Under the pieces are notes generated by a model. The model searched no databases. It was given only the letters and a program-made list of their open reading frames with translations, and had not been told where the DNA came from. The position numbers were made by a program, and so were the translations under genes. Below, in pieces: positions 12,220 through 24,522 of a stretch of DNA of 44,775 nt. Each line of letters starts with the position of its first letter. Positions within the stretch are counted from its first letter, which is position 1. The DNA comes from Octopus bimaculoides. Its lineage: Eukaryota. Location: positions 13,800,661 to 13,845,435 of the forward strand of contig NC_068997.1 in NCBI RefSeq assembly GCF_001194135.2. The letters run 5' to 3'.

Positions 12220-13989
12220 GTACTCAAGTCAGCCTTGTTTGAGCAGATCTATGCTCAAACACATTCCAGCTATGACCATCAAGTCTTTTTACCTTTTTTT
12301 AGATATAGCTTATTTAATACTACATTAGGCATTGAATCCTTATACTCTATATCTCAGCCATTGTTGTTGTTGCTATTCAGTTCTAACCCAACCTTGTTCA
12401 AACTGATCCAAGTAATGAGGTTCAAATTATTAACTAGTCGATATTTTAATCAAACATTGTATATCTAGGAATACATCTTCCAGTTTGTTCTTAACTATTT
12501 TCAAGATAAAAGAGTGCAATTTGAGGGAGATTTGATTGCTATTTCTAGAAAGAATAGTGGAGTACATTGAAAATTACTTCATTGGCTTATTATCTCTCTA
12601 CTATTAATCATCTCTTGTAATTATATTGTCTCCTAATATCGTAGTTGCAATATGTCAGTATTTTTCTCTGAAAATAGAGTTGAGAGCTAATAACAAATAT
12701 TTCCCCTATGTGTTCACAGCAAGGTTAAAATATCTATGGAAACCTACAGGGGTGTATTTAAGAGGCAAATTATAAATTTCCCTTAGATAGAAAAAAAGTG
12801 AAATAAACCATACAAACAAAGAAAGAGGGGGAAACACAAAGAAAAATAGAAATATATACAGAAAATAATGAAATATAACATGGAATAGCTAAATGTAAAG
12901 GATTTTAATTGAAACCAAAAAGACACTCGAAATTGATAAAATTAAAATATAGCATTTTAAAAGTGGTGTGTATGTGTATACACATATATAGACACGTGCA
13001 TATATACATATTTGCACATATATTTGTGCATCAGTAGTGTGTATATTTGTGTATTTAGATAATAATTCATGCTAACATAGATATTTGATATTGCTAAAAG
13101 AAGAAAAAAAAAAGAAATATATATATATGTATGTCTTCTAAAAATTTTCATATGGTTTTAGCTGCAAATGAATATAATTAAATATATGATTGTGATGCCA
13201 ATTTGGTAAAACAATGATACAGAGGAAAATTACTGTGCCTCAAGGGGTAGAAATGCGAACACAACACAAAACAACATAAACAACAACAACAGCAACAACA
13301 TAAAAATCATCGAGCGAAACGCGATTTTAGATGTTGGTTAATTATTATCTCAAATAGCACTGGAAAAAGCAATGCATTAGAATATAATACAATACAATGA
13401 AATACAATATATTCTAATATAATATAATACAATGAAATGCAACTGCAAAACAAGTGCAAGGCAGCGCAAAGCAATGCAGGGAAAACTTAATTAATGATCT
13501 CTCATAGTGGTTAGAAAATTGAAGGGAAATGTTGTAGCTACAGGTTAAATGAACTGGAGAAAATCAAGTTAGTCGGCTTTTGTCCTGTTTGTAATAAAGA
13601 CTATCACGTTGACTGCTTCTTATATACTAATCAATCAATTATGTACAAGAATTATGAATCTCATTTTTCTCTCAGACCTTACTCATCCACCCCAACCATC
13701 CATCCATCCATCCATCCATGTATCCACTCGCTTCCTCATTCTGCCTCTTTTCTCTTGTTTGTTTATATGTATATATGAATAGATACACCACATAAATACA
13801 CACACACATACATACATGTACATATTCATATACAGACACACGTGTAAGGACATACGATATATAGATGTGTGTATACATACATACATATGCAAGTATGTAC
13901 ATGGATATATATGTGTGTATGTATACATGCACACACTCACACATATATACATGTATGTATATACACATGTGTGTTATGCATGTATATAC

Positions 13990-14033
<44 letters not shown>

Positions 14034-14074
14034 NNNNNNNNNNNNNNNNNNNNNNNNNNNNNNNNNTATATATA

Positions 14075-15683
14075 CACTTTGATAGGTTTCAGCCAATACT
14101 GGCCCAGGCCATGTCTAACTTAATAGCACCACCTGGCAACATCATTCAAATCAGGAATCAGACAACATGGCCGACTCGAGGAGAGAGTTATTGTTTGCAG
14201 AGAGGAGGCATATCTGGGTGTAGGAGGTTTATCTAAGAATTTTTGCAGGAACTTTGTCCAAAGACTTCTTGAACTTTATAGGTTCTGTGTCTGCTTTAAT
14301 GTGTTTTAGTATAATGTTAAAGAGCGCGGGGCCAATTCAGGTGAAATAATTGTGCCCTATTGTTGTTATGTGATGCGAGTATGATTTGTGTTGTGGGCGG
14401 ATAGCATGGGGTCCAAGTCTTGGATATATCTTAAAGGCGATGCCAACATGATTTGGGCAATGCTGATGGAATATTATTTACATCATGCAGATGATGCGGT
14501 GCTCATGGAATCGTTGGAGGGAATAAAGCCTGAGCTTTTCCAGTCGACCCTAATAGTCAAGGCCTGTCATGCCATCTATCTTTTTTGTAATTGACGTTTG
14601 AGGTGCTTCAACATTCATGATGCTTTGTTTCGTGTAGGGAGACCACAGTGGACAACAATATTCAAGGTGGGGTCAGGCAAAAGTAGAGAAGAGAAGGATA
14701 ATGGTGTAAAATATCTCTCGACTGGAAAGCGCTGAGAATCCAGAACCACATTCTGCAGGCCATGTCAACTTTGCCATGTTTGTATCAGTGACCCAGCTTA
14801 TGTTTTTATCCACAACTACTCCCAAGTCTCTGATGGCATGAGATGCCATGAGAGTTTCACCTGAAGAAAGGGAGTCTGAGAGTTTCAGGGTATCCCCTTT
14901 TTCTGAAGTGGATTAACTCAAATTTGTCCTCGTTCAGCAGCATATTATTCTTTTCTGCCCGTTAGATGACAGCCAGCAGATCTGACTGAAGGCATACCCG
15001 ATCACCCACTTCATTGATGACCTGGATTTTGGAATCATCTGCAAATATTCTGATGTTACTATGCTTGATGAGGTCAGTAATATCATTGATATAGATGTTG
15101 AAAAGAAATGAGCCCAACACAGTGCCTTGTGGAACACCACTACTGACTTTGGCTGGGTTTGATTTTACTCCTTTGACTTCAACATGTTGGGTTCTGTCTA
15201 TCAGGAAAAGCTCGATCCATTGTAGAAAACTTCCAGAGACACTGATGTTGAATAGTTTTTTTCTAAGAGGATCTTATGATCTCCCCTGTCAAGGGACTTG
15301 CTGAAATCAAGGTAAATGACATCAGTATTCAAACCCTCTCCCAAAGTTCTCAAAATGTCATTAAGGTGATGCAAGAGCTGCGTTAGGCAGTTCCTTCCAT
15401 TACAGGACCCATGTTGGTTGGGGTTCAGCAGTCTGTTGCTTTCAAGAAAGTGGGTTATCCGTGATCTCATCACCCTCTCAAATACCTTGATGATTTGAGA
15501 GGTGAGCGAGATTAGCCTGTAGTTAACTGCAAGGGACTTGTTTCCCTTTTTCAAAACTGGAACAACAGACTTGGACACAAAGTTCTCAGGAATATAACCA
15601 GCATCCAGTGAGTTCCTCCACAGATTAGCAAGGGGAGATGCAAGTTGGTGATGGCACAACTTCAAAACACAAGCAGGGAACAC
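14075..15683 (-). mobile_element. 5'-truncated, frameshifted LINE ORF2 (reverse transcriptase and C-terminus), CR1/L2 group
   Basis: ORF 15201-15683 gives KKGNKSLAVNYRLISLTSQIIKVFER...NQHG...DVIYLDFSKSLD. After a frameshift it reads SGVPQGTVLGSFLFNIYINDI...IRIFADDSKI (YADD-type catalytic motif). A C-terminus with GPALFNII/KFKKSLDK-like motifs and a 3' UTR follow. Confidence 0.93.
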
Positions 15684-15765
15684 TTACAACGCCCGGTCTG
15701 GGAATCGAAACCGAGATCCTATTATCACGAGTCCACTTCCCTAACTACTGGGCCATTGCGCCTCC
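15679..15765 (-). mobile_element. tRNA-derived SINE head (Pol III A and B boxes) abutting the LINE 5' truncation
   Basis: Minus strand reads GGAGGCGCAATGGCCCAGTAGTTAGGG...GGTTTCGATTCCCAGACCGGGCGTTGTAAGTGTT. A box is TGGCCCAGTAG and B box is GGTTTCGATTCC. Confidence 0.8.
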
Positions 15766-16433
15766 ACAAGCTGTATAATAAAAAGGTTGTAAAATGAAAC
15801 CTTGCAGTAGCCATTGAATTTGTGTACTTTGGTAGAGACAACTTATTCTGGTTAACTGACCAACTAACCAGAAAGCTTCTCCTTCTTCACAAATGCTGCA
15901 TGAATAAAAAGATGAACGACTGAGCAAAAAGTTTGAAGATCAAACGATTGCCTTGTCATCTCCATCCTTAAGTTCTAATATTCTAAATACCCAATAGGTC
16001 AGTCAAGCTGAGATGTGGTAAAATTGATACTTTACACTTGAATAGTTAACAACAGCAAAAAACATTTTTTGAGAATAAAAAAAAGTAAAAAGTAAAAGCA
16101 AGGCAATCGTCCTCTTTTTAAAACGATCACCTGCTCCAATGATATGTTAACATTGAAATTTAAAAACTAAAAATTAAAAATAAAAATGTAACATGAATAA
16201 AATAAATTAAAAAAATTTTTTTTAAATATTTAATAAAATGCAAATAAATAAATAAATAGAATGTTACTGAATATAACAAAATATAGATTGAAAAAAAAAA
16301 CAAAATACGCTAAAAACCTTCAACTAATGATAGCGTGACGAAAACAGAAAATTTGTTGAAAAAGTTAACGTAAAATAAAAATATATATACAAAACAAAAT
16401 TGAAACAAATCTGTGTATGTGTATGCATGCGTT

Positions 16434-16496
<63 letters not shown>

Positions 16497-16765
16497 ACAT
16501 CTATGTAATGTGTGTGTGTTAAAGACCGTTTGATTTATTGTCTAGTTGTGAATTTTTGTAATGATTTTATTTTTACTTTTTAGCATCGTTAATTTTTGAT
16601 GGTAAAACAAACTGGTAATTAATTCCACCATGTTGACCTCACTATTCTTACTACACCACCCCAAACCAAACCATTTCATTCGGCATGAAGCAGGTTTCTA
16701 TGTAGCTACTCGTCTTGCTAGAAATAACAGTTAAAAATTTTCTTCAAATCAAAATAAGCATATAT

Positions 16766-17128
16766 CTTTTAGTTGTTTCAGTCCTTAGACTGTGGCCACG
16801 CTGGAGCACCACCTTGAAGAACTTTTCGACAAATGAATAGACTCCATGACTTCTTTCTTTTTTTTTAAGCCTAGTACTTATTCTGTTAGCCTCTTTTGCC
16901 AAACCACTAAGTTACAGGGATGTAAACACACCATTAACGGTTGTCAAGTGGTGGAGGACAAACACAGTCACAAAGACACAGACACACACACATGACAAGC
17001 TTCTTTCAGTTTCCATTTACAAAATCCAGTAATATAAGAGACTTGCCCAAAGTACCATACAGTGGGACTGAACCTGGAACCACACAGTCAGGAAGTGAAC
17101 TTCTTACAACACAGCCATGCCTGCACCT
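16766..17128 (-). mobile_element. SINE family C, near full length: tRNA-like head, central CTTGGGCAAGT-type domain, internal (TG)n, 3' tail
   Basis: The same head-microsatellite-tail layout recurs at 19055-19615 and 30490-30712. Confidence 0.75.
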
Positions 17129-17439
17129 ATATAACATAATGGTCATGGTTCGATTGTGGTCTGGGGCTAAACAACAATTACAGCAACAACTACAACACCA
17201 GAACAAACCACAAAACCTAGATGAACTTACAATTGGTTTAAATGCACGAGGATCAAATATCCAAGTGGCTAAAAAGTGTTAGCAGAAGGGCACCCAAGAA
17301 TCATAACCTGGATGTGACATGGCCCCCCTTAGAGTGTAAGAATTTAACGGATGAAACACTTGCCTGAATGAGGGGGTTTCTTTACTGAAGACCTTCTGTT
17401 GTTCAGTGCTCTTGAGCAATTCTTACCACTACTCTACTG

Positions 17440-17820
17440 TTGTCTGTCATACCATGCCATGTGCTTAATTATAGCACATCAAGGAACATCATTCTATATC
17501 ATACTGAATTACTTGATATGACACCACATCCTGTCATGCTATACCACATTATTCCTCTATCACACCAAACTAAATCATCCTACAATGCCCTGTGTAATAC
17601 CATCTTATACCATGTTGTACCTTACTACATTTCACTGTGTCCTTTTGCATTGTACCATACTATGTAACACCACTCCACTCCACTCCACTCCACATTGCAT
17701 GACACTATTCAATACAGCTTTAAACCTCACCCCACCTCACAACTTCCCATCCTGCCACACAACTCCCAACCCCACCCTGCTACACAAAATAATTCCAGCC
17801 CCTACCACACCACATCAATT
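17440..17820. repeat. Degenerate pentanucleotide satellite (CATAC/CACCA/CCACT)
   Basis: 5-bp periodicity is visible, e.g. ccactccactccactccac. Confidence 0.6.
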
Positions 17821-17959
17821 CTAACCAATTGGATCCAGTAAATAAAGCAAAGTAAACTTAATGTAGATTTGAAAACGAAATCTATTTAAAAATATAGATA
17901 TAAATATAACTATAAAGACTTTGATGAGAATTTGGTAAAATAGAGAAGGGTGAAAAATA

Positions 17960-18540
17960 AATAGCAACACAGATGCCACCCCTAACACACACCTGAGTAA
18001 AGAATGAAAGATAGTAGGAAGGTAAAGAATAACAGGCTGCTGCCCACTCCACCTGAGGAAGAGAAGAAGGTAAACAGGTAGGTAGGTAGGTAGGTAGGTA
18101 AGAATTTTAAAAATCATGTGGGAAATATAAATGGAAAAGAGTGTGAGAGAGACAAACAAAACAAAAAAGAAAGAGAAGGGAGCTAGAAAGAAGGAAGAAA
18201 AGAAATAAAGAAAGAAGGGAAAAAAGAAAAAAAGTATAGAGAGGAATAAAAGTAGGATGAAAGATAAGAAGAAGAAAAGCAAAAACAAAAAAACGAATGA
18301 AATAAGAGAAAGAGCAAAATGTAAGAAAAAAAAAAAAGAAAGAAAGGAAAAAAATATGGAAAGAAAACAGAAATACCAAAATAAAAGATAACAGAAAAGA
18401 AGGTGGAAAAAAGAAAAGAAAAAGAAAAAGAAAAGGAAATAAGCAAAGAAATAGAGAGGGATGATGCACACAAACAAATATACTATTGAAGAATCTTTTG
18501 AAAAAAGAAGGAAAATTAAGAACATCATTGGAATAAATTT
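17960..18540. repeat. Purine-rich (A/G) low-complexity tract
   Basis: Read directly. It produces the spurious Phe/Leu-rich minus-strand ORFs. Confidence 0.85.
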
Positions 18541-18648
18541 TCCTCATGATTTAAATTTCAGCAGAGAGTAAAATAGTGTGAAATTTGAAACAGCCAATAT
18601 AAAGAATTAAATGAATAAATAAATGTATATTTAAATTAAAATTTTAAA

Positions 18649-18693
<45 letters not shown>

Positions 18694-19054
18694 TGCATGT
18701 GTGTATGCATTTGTGCCTGTTTTTGTATGTGTGTGTGTGTGTTTGATTTTAAATAAATATATAAATGAATGGTTTGGATTTTCAAAAATGCTTCACTTCT
18801 CAATGTTTTCTTCTTTTTTTTGGAAAATGGACAAATAAGTTAAATAGAAGAAGAAATTAAAATAAATTTGTATCAATAACAACTAAAGAAAAGTCTTATC
18901 ATACGTGTGTGTGTGTGTGTGAAAATGTATGTCATGACTTGGGAGTAAGTGTGACTATGTAGAATGTCCTTTGTTTTTTATCTTTTTNNNNNNNNNNTAT
19001 GTCATGACTTGGGAGTAAGTGTGACTATGTAGAATGTCCTTTGTTTTTTATCTT

Positions 19055-19615
19055 TTTCCTTGCTCATTGGACAGCAGCCTTGAGGGATTCAGTCAAACAA
19101 ACCATCCTCAGCACTTACATCTTTTTCTTTTTGAGCCTGGTACCTATAAAGTAATCCCTCGACTATCGTAGGTGTTACATCCCAAAACACCTTGCAATAG
19201 GTGAAAATCCATGAAATAGAAACAGTACTGTACTGTATATTTTCTTAATTTATTTTTACAATTTGTGTATAATTATTTTATTATAAAAGCAAAACAACAC
19301 CATGGAGTAATCGACCTAAGCTTAAGTAATAAACCACGACAGGTGAACCATGATATGGCGAGGGATTACTTTTCTATTGGTTTCTTTAGATGAATCACCA
19401 AGGTATAGGGACATAAATAAATTAACAATGGTTGTCAAGCATGGACAGTTGGGACTGAGTTTCTTTGAGTTCTTATTAACCAAATCTACTCATAAGGATT
19501 TGGTAAGCCTGGGGCTACAGTAGTCGACGCATACCCAAAGCACTGCACAGTGGGACTGAACCTAGAACCATATGGTTGGGAAAGCAAGCTTCTTAACTAC
19601 ATAGCAATTCCTGTG
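19055..19615 (-). mobile_element. Degenerate SINE family C interrupted by a MITE
   Basis: The SINE tail sequence GGTAC(T)TA-TTCTAT is split by the 19149-19371 insertion. The head lies at about 19455-19615. Confidence 0.6.
19149..19371. mobile_element. Tigger/pogo-like (Tc1/mariner superfamily) MITE
   Basis: Perfect 13-bp TIR AAGTAATCCCTCG / CGAGGGATTACTT resembles CAGT..CCCTCG pogo-type ends. TA lies immediately to the left. The right TSD is degraded. Confidence 0.65.
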
Positions 19616-19659
19616 CACATATAATTCCATAGCTAGCTCATTAATATCATTGTTGTAAA

Positions 19660-19800
19660 TTCTTTCGAGGTCGACTTTGCCTTTCATCCTTTCAGGGTCA
19701 ATAGATTAAGTACCAGTTGCATACTGAGGTTGATCCAATCGACTGTCCCCCTCCCCACCAAATTTCAGGCTTTGTGTCTATAGTAGAAAGTATTAATATC
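19660..19800 (+). mobile_element. SINE family A (5'-truncated)
   Basis: GAGGTCGACTTTGCCTTTCATCC...AAATTTCAGGCTTTGTGTCTATAGTAGAAAG aligns with 250-428 and 23476-23695. Confidence 0.75.
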
Positions 19801-20164
19801 ATTTGTTCAAACCATGGCTAGATTTAATTAAGCAGACATAGGTTCAAAGATACCTGAACCATAATATATGGGACTGAATTACACAATGTCCTTCATTTTC
19901 TTTTTTTAAAGAGTGTTATTTGATGGGATTTTCACAGCTATTTCTTGTGGGTCAAGCGACTGCTTTGAGGCTCTTTTATTTGCCTGTCACTACAGTAATT
20001 TGGAAACAGTGGTAGTAGTGATAAAAGTGTTTGATGTTGTTAAAGCTGACCATTTGAGCAAGAACTAATGAGGATGATGGTCGTAGTCTATAGCAGTCAG
20101 CACAGATACATATGTACAAATATTTAGGTATATATATATATATATATATATATTCTGTATATCT

Positions 20165-20358
20165 CACTTCTTTTCAATCTATCAACAGTCTATCTATCTA
20201 CTCAACTATCTATCAATTTATCTAGCTGGCTATTTACCTATATTTGTTACTCTGTCCTCTCATCATCTATTTATGTCTGTCCATTCAGCTATCTACTTCT
20301 TCTTCCCCCTCTCTATCTGTCTATCAATCAATCTCTCTCTCTCTGTATCTCTCCATCC

Positions 20359-20390
<32 letters not shown>

Positions 20391-20600
20391 GTGTATCTAT
20401 CTACCTGTCTATCTATCAATCTCTCCATCTATCCATCTATCTATCTACTATCTCTCTCTCTATCTCTCTATCTATCTATCCATTTCTCTATCTCACTATC
20501 TATCAATAATCTATCCTTAATATCTTTCCAACCCAGCCATCCATCTATCCATCTATCCATTAATCCATCTATCCATTAACTCATTCATTTATCCATCTAT
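20165..20600. repeat. Degenerate (ATCT/ATCC)n tetranucleotide array
   Basis: Read directly. Confidence 0.9.
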
Positions 20601-20746
20601 GTTTTAAACGCCCAGCTCCAACAAAACACGGTGTAGAATGGTCAAGAGAAAATAATTCCTCAATGACTGTTCTATGGTCTATGTTAATTGCTTCCTTCTT
20701 TTAGAAATGGCTGTTTCCATTCTTCTCTCTCTCTCTCTCTCTCTCC

Positions 20747-20783
<37 letters not shown>

Positions 20784-21474
20784 CATTTCACTCTCTTTTT
20801 TTTTTATCTGTATGTCTGTCTGTCCCAAGCAAGTGGATATGGGTGGGGTGGGGAGGTTGTTCCAGATTTTCAAATCACAGACATTCATTAGGCAACTTGT
20901 TTATTGTTTTGTATGTGATTTTTTATTATTTTTGCTATGTATTTTGTTGTGTTTTTACATTTCTTTCCTGCTAAATGTGCTTGGGTATATACATGTGCAT
21001 GTATATGTACTTGTGTGTGTATGTNNNNNNNNNNNNNNNNNNNNNNNNNNNNNNNNNNNNNNNNNNNNNNNNNNNNNNNNNNNNNNNNNNNNNNNNNNNN
21101 NNNNNNNNNNNNNNNNNNNNNNNNNNNNNNNNNNNNNNNNNNNNNNNNNNNNNNNNNNNNNNNNNNNNNNNNNNNNNNNNNNNNNNNNNNNNNNNNNNNN
21201 NNNNNNNNNNNNNNNNNNNNNNNNNNNNNNNNNNNNNNNNNNNNNNNNNNNNNNNNNNNNNNNNNNNNNNNNNNNNNNNNNNNNNNNNNNNNNNNNNNNN
21301 NNNNNNNNNNNNNNNNNNNNNNNNNNNNNNNNNNNNNNNNNNNNNNNNNNNNNNNNNNNNNNNNNNNNNNNNNNNNNNNNNNNNNNNNNNNNNNNNNATA
21401 CCGAGAGAGTAGAGAAAGACCAATATACACACATATATACATACATACATACATGCATATACATATATATATAT

Positions 21475-21517
<43 letters not shown>

Positions 21518-22099
21518 CATATATTCTATGTTTGTTTCCCTTCTTTTCTCACTCACTATCTCTTCCTCCTCTTCCTCTCACTTCTACTTTCATTCCCTCC
21601 CCCCCTTATCTCTTCTGTAAATTAGCATAATTGCCCAATATGAGTCACATGTGCAGTTTTTCATTCTTTCTTATTTATATAATTATTTATATTTTTTTGT
21701 ATTTCCATCTGTTTTTTTTTTCTCTTTTCTTTTATATATATATATATTTTTTTTTTTATATTCAGCATATTTATTTATTTATTTATTTGTGTGTGCATGT
21801 CTGAGTTATTTTATTTTTAGTTTTTTTTTTTTGTTTTTTTTTGCTCTACATACTTGCATATTTGTATATGTGTAAGGATGCATGTATGCATGTATGCATA
21901 TGTCTGCGTTTCAATGTTTATGTATATGCCTCTCTGAGTGTGTATATGTGTATGTGTATGTGAGTGTGTGTGTGTGTGTGTACATGCATGTGTGCATGTG
22001 AGCACGTGAGTGTCCCCTTTGCTTGACTCCCTCACGCCAAATGAATCCAACCCAAACTAACTGCCTCTCCCACACAGACAGACATACACAACCCTGTCA

Positions 22100-22383
22100 T
22101 TAACGCCACCACCGCCTCCAATACCCACTACTACAACATCAACCTCTATCAGAAGCAATGCTACCACCTCCTCCACCACTGCAACCATCATCATCATCAT
22201 CATCATCATCATCGTCGTCGTCATCCAATCTCTGAGATTGTCTCAGGGAAAGAAAAAAAAATAATAGCAGAAAACAGCAAGAGGTCAGATCAAGGGGTTA
22301 TTTGAGTTCACATCTGCATTCCAGCCACTTGGAAGGCACCATGTAAAATACCAGTATTCCTCCCCTTGAAGAATCATCGTCAA

Positions 22384-22421
<38 letters not shown>

Positions 22422-23040
22422 GCTGCTTCCTTTCCAGCATTGTCAAAACCATCACAGCCATGACAACCATCACCACCACCACCACCACTACAGCCCCCAC
22501 CACCTTTGCCATTATGACAACAGTGATGATGATAATAATGAAGATGATGATGATGATCACCACTGGTTTAATTCTAACGTTGCCAACAACTGCATCATCA
22601 TCATCATCATCATCATTGTCATAGGCATGTTTCATCATTCACTTCCTCACCAGCATTGTCAAAACCCCCTATGACAACCACAGCCATGACGACGACGATG
22701 ATGACCACCACCACCACCACCATCATCATCATCACCACCACTACCACTACCAACATGATAACAACAACCACCTTCACCACCTCCATCATTCTCACCACCA
22801 CCTTGACCGTGATCACAGAAACAATGACAACAAGATTGACCAACACTGTTTAATTTCAACATTGCCAACAACTGCATCATCATCTTCACTGCCATATCAT
22901 CATCATCGTCATCATTGCCATAATCATTGTTATCATCATCAACATCATCATCATTGCCATAATCATAATCATTGTTATCATCATCATCATCATCATCAAC
23001 AACACTGTTAGTGTCATTGCTTATCCTAACATCATTATTA
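22100..23040. repeat. Long compound trinucleotide tract (CAT/CAC/CAA/GAT)n
   Basis: Read directly. It is the source of the poly-H/T/M/D ORFs. Confidence 0.9.
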
Positions 23041-23084
23041 ACTGCATATGTTAATGAGATTTTTTTTTGTTTTGTCATGCAGGT

Positions 23085-23370
23085 TACTTGGCGACTCTGT
23101 TAGTGCAGGTGCCACTTCAAAAGCACCCAGTCCACACTGTAAGGTTGTTGGCATTTGGAAAGGCATCCAAGTTTAAAAACATTGCCAAAACTGACCTCGC
23201 CTGTGCTTGTGCCACATAAAAAGCACTAAGTCCACTCTGCTGAATGGTTAGTGATAGGAAGGGCATCCAGCAGTGAAAATCCTGCCAAAACTGTTACAGA
23301 AACCAGGCCGGCTCTTGTCAAACTGTCTCACCCATGCCAGCATAGAAGGCGGATGTTAAATGGTGATGAT
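23085..23370 (+). mobile_element. RTE 3'-tail family B copy with duplicated internal unit
   Basis: The GCCAC.TAAAAAGCAC...GGAAGGGCATCCAG unit occurs twice. It ends CCATGCCAGCATAGAAGGCGGATGTTAAATGGTGATGAT. Confidence 0.65.
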
Positions 23371-23475
23371 ATGTGCTATGGTTTTCATTATGCTCCCTAC
23401 CATCATCATTATGTTTTCCATATCATCTTTACCATCACTATCAATTAACATCAATTAACATCATCATCATTCTTA

Positions 23476-23695
23476 ATGGCAAGCTGGCAGAATCATTAAC
23501 ACCCCAGACAAAATGCCTAATGGCATTTTTCCCATCTTTACATTCTGGGCTCAAATTCTGCTGAGGTCAACTTCGCTTTTCATCTTCACAGGGTCAGCAA
23601 AATAAGGACCAGTTGCATACTGGGGTTGATGTAATCAACTAGCCCCTCCCTACAAATTTTCAGGCGTTGTTCCTATAGTAGACAGAATTAATATT
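23476..23695 (+). mobile_element. SINE family A, near full length with tRNA-like head
   Basis: Head is GGCAAGCTGGCAGAATCATTAAC...GGGCTCAAATTCTGC (degenerate B box). The body matches 250-428. Confidence 0.7.
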
Positions 23696-23971
23696 ACTAC
23701 CTTCACAATTATCTTTAACAGCATTTTCGTCGTCGTCATCATCATCATCATCATCATCATTGTGATCTCCTCCGTTTCTTGATTCCATTCTCCTCCTCCT
23801 TATCATCACTACCATCATAACCATAATTATTCTCAAGATCATCCAGTAAAGGGTTTTAGATTATTTTTCTAAAGGGCTTTCAAAAGTAGCATATCTAAGA
23901 GGTGAAGAATTATGTACATTATTTACATTATTTACATTTGACAAATATTTGTTCTCATCTTGTTTGTTGTT

Positions 23972-24017
23972 AACACAACATTTCGGCTGATATACCCCAC
24001 AGCCTTTATCAGGTGTC
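23972..24017 (-). ncRNA. Minimal type I hammerhead ribozyme-like motif with a mutated core (CUGAUAA)
   Basis: Minus strand: GACAC-CTGATAA-A-GGCTG-tggggtatat-CAGCC-GAAA-TGTT-GTGTT. Helix I (GACAC/GTGTT) and helix II (GGCTG/CAGCC) pair. Confidence 0.55.
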
Positions 24018-24066
24018 TTGGGGAAAATACCTTAGGCATGAGAACCCGGGTTCGAAATTTCCCCAA

Positions 24067-24115
24067 GACACCTGATGAAGTAGCCTGGTGGGTATATCAG
24101 CCAAAACGTTGTGTT
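24067..24115 (+). ncRNA. Minimal type I hammerhead ribozyme-like motif with a mutated core (AAAA for GAAA)
   Basis: GACAC-CTGATGA-agtagcctggtgggtatatcagcc-AAAA-CGTT-GTGTT. Helix III is replaced by the palindrome AACGTT. Confidence 0.5.
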
Positions 24116-24270
24116 AACGACAAACAAGATGAGGACAAATACCCATCAAATGTAAATAAGGTAAATAATGTAAATAAGGCTTTCAAATGGTTGGTGGTTA
24201 TCTGCAGTGTGGTCAAGAAAACGCAAATCTGTGTGATCTTGGGTAAATCTTCCCATGATAAATTCCAATT

Positions 24271-24322
24271 CATCGTTCATCATCGTTTAACGTCCGCTTT
24301 CTATGCTAGCATGGGTTGGACG
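24271..24322 (-). mobile_element. RTE 3'-tail family B terminal fragment
   Basis: CATCGTTTAACGTCCGCTTTCTATGCTAGCATGGGTTGGACG. Confidence 0.65.
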
Positions 24323-24388
24323 TTTTCTTCTATCTAGGGGCCGTGATAAAGGGATTGTTTGCTCAGAATAACCAAAAGACTGAATAGG

Positions 24389-24522
24389 GACACTTTCCTC
24401 TTCAGCCAAGCCATCATTGACCTCTTCAAGTTCTACTTGAGGAAAGAGAGGGAGACATTACCCTCCAGTAATTTTGCTGGAAGGTAAATGAGAGTGGTGA
24501 GTGTTGCTCGAGTGAGTGAATG
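24389..24522 (+). pseudogene. Probable L1/Tx1-clade ORF2 C-terminal remnant
   Basis: Translates DTFLFSQAIIDLFKFYLRKERETLPSSNFAGR*MRVVSVARVSE, which from memory resembles Tx1-like C-termini (FK.HL.R...E......F..RW). The downstream AGGTGGTGGTCATTCTCC weakly matches the minus strand near 30300-30320. Confidence 0.45.

Larger units (their letters stand above)
23916..24172. mobile_element. Head-to-head inverted Penelope-like element termini (foldback, ~110-bp arms)
   Basis: 23916-24026 is reverse-complementary to about 24057-24172. Each arm carries a hammerhead-like CTGAT(G/A)A...(G/A)AAA(C/T)GTT motif and a short (TGTAAATAA)n tail. Confidence 0.65.

Noticed and set aside
15943-16111. 12-bp inverted repeat ACGATTGCCTTG / CAAGGCAATCGT about 145 bp apart
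   Set aside because: It is too short, has no TSD, and does not extend.
17821-18547. Phe/Leu-rich ORFs of 146-235 aa that look like membrane proteins
   Set aside because: They are the reverse translation of an A/G low-complexity tract and contain no domain motif.
18928-19057. 60-bp direct duplication across a 10-N gap (likewise 25588-25640 versus 25880-25932)
   Set aside because: This is a typical unmerged contig-overlap artefact, not a biological repeat.
22285-23078. Poly-His/Thr/Asp/Met ORFs, including the GEEYWYFTWCLP island
   Set aside because: Trinucleotide repeats dominate. The unique island has no splice sites or recognisable domain.
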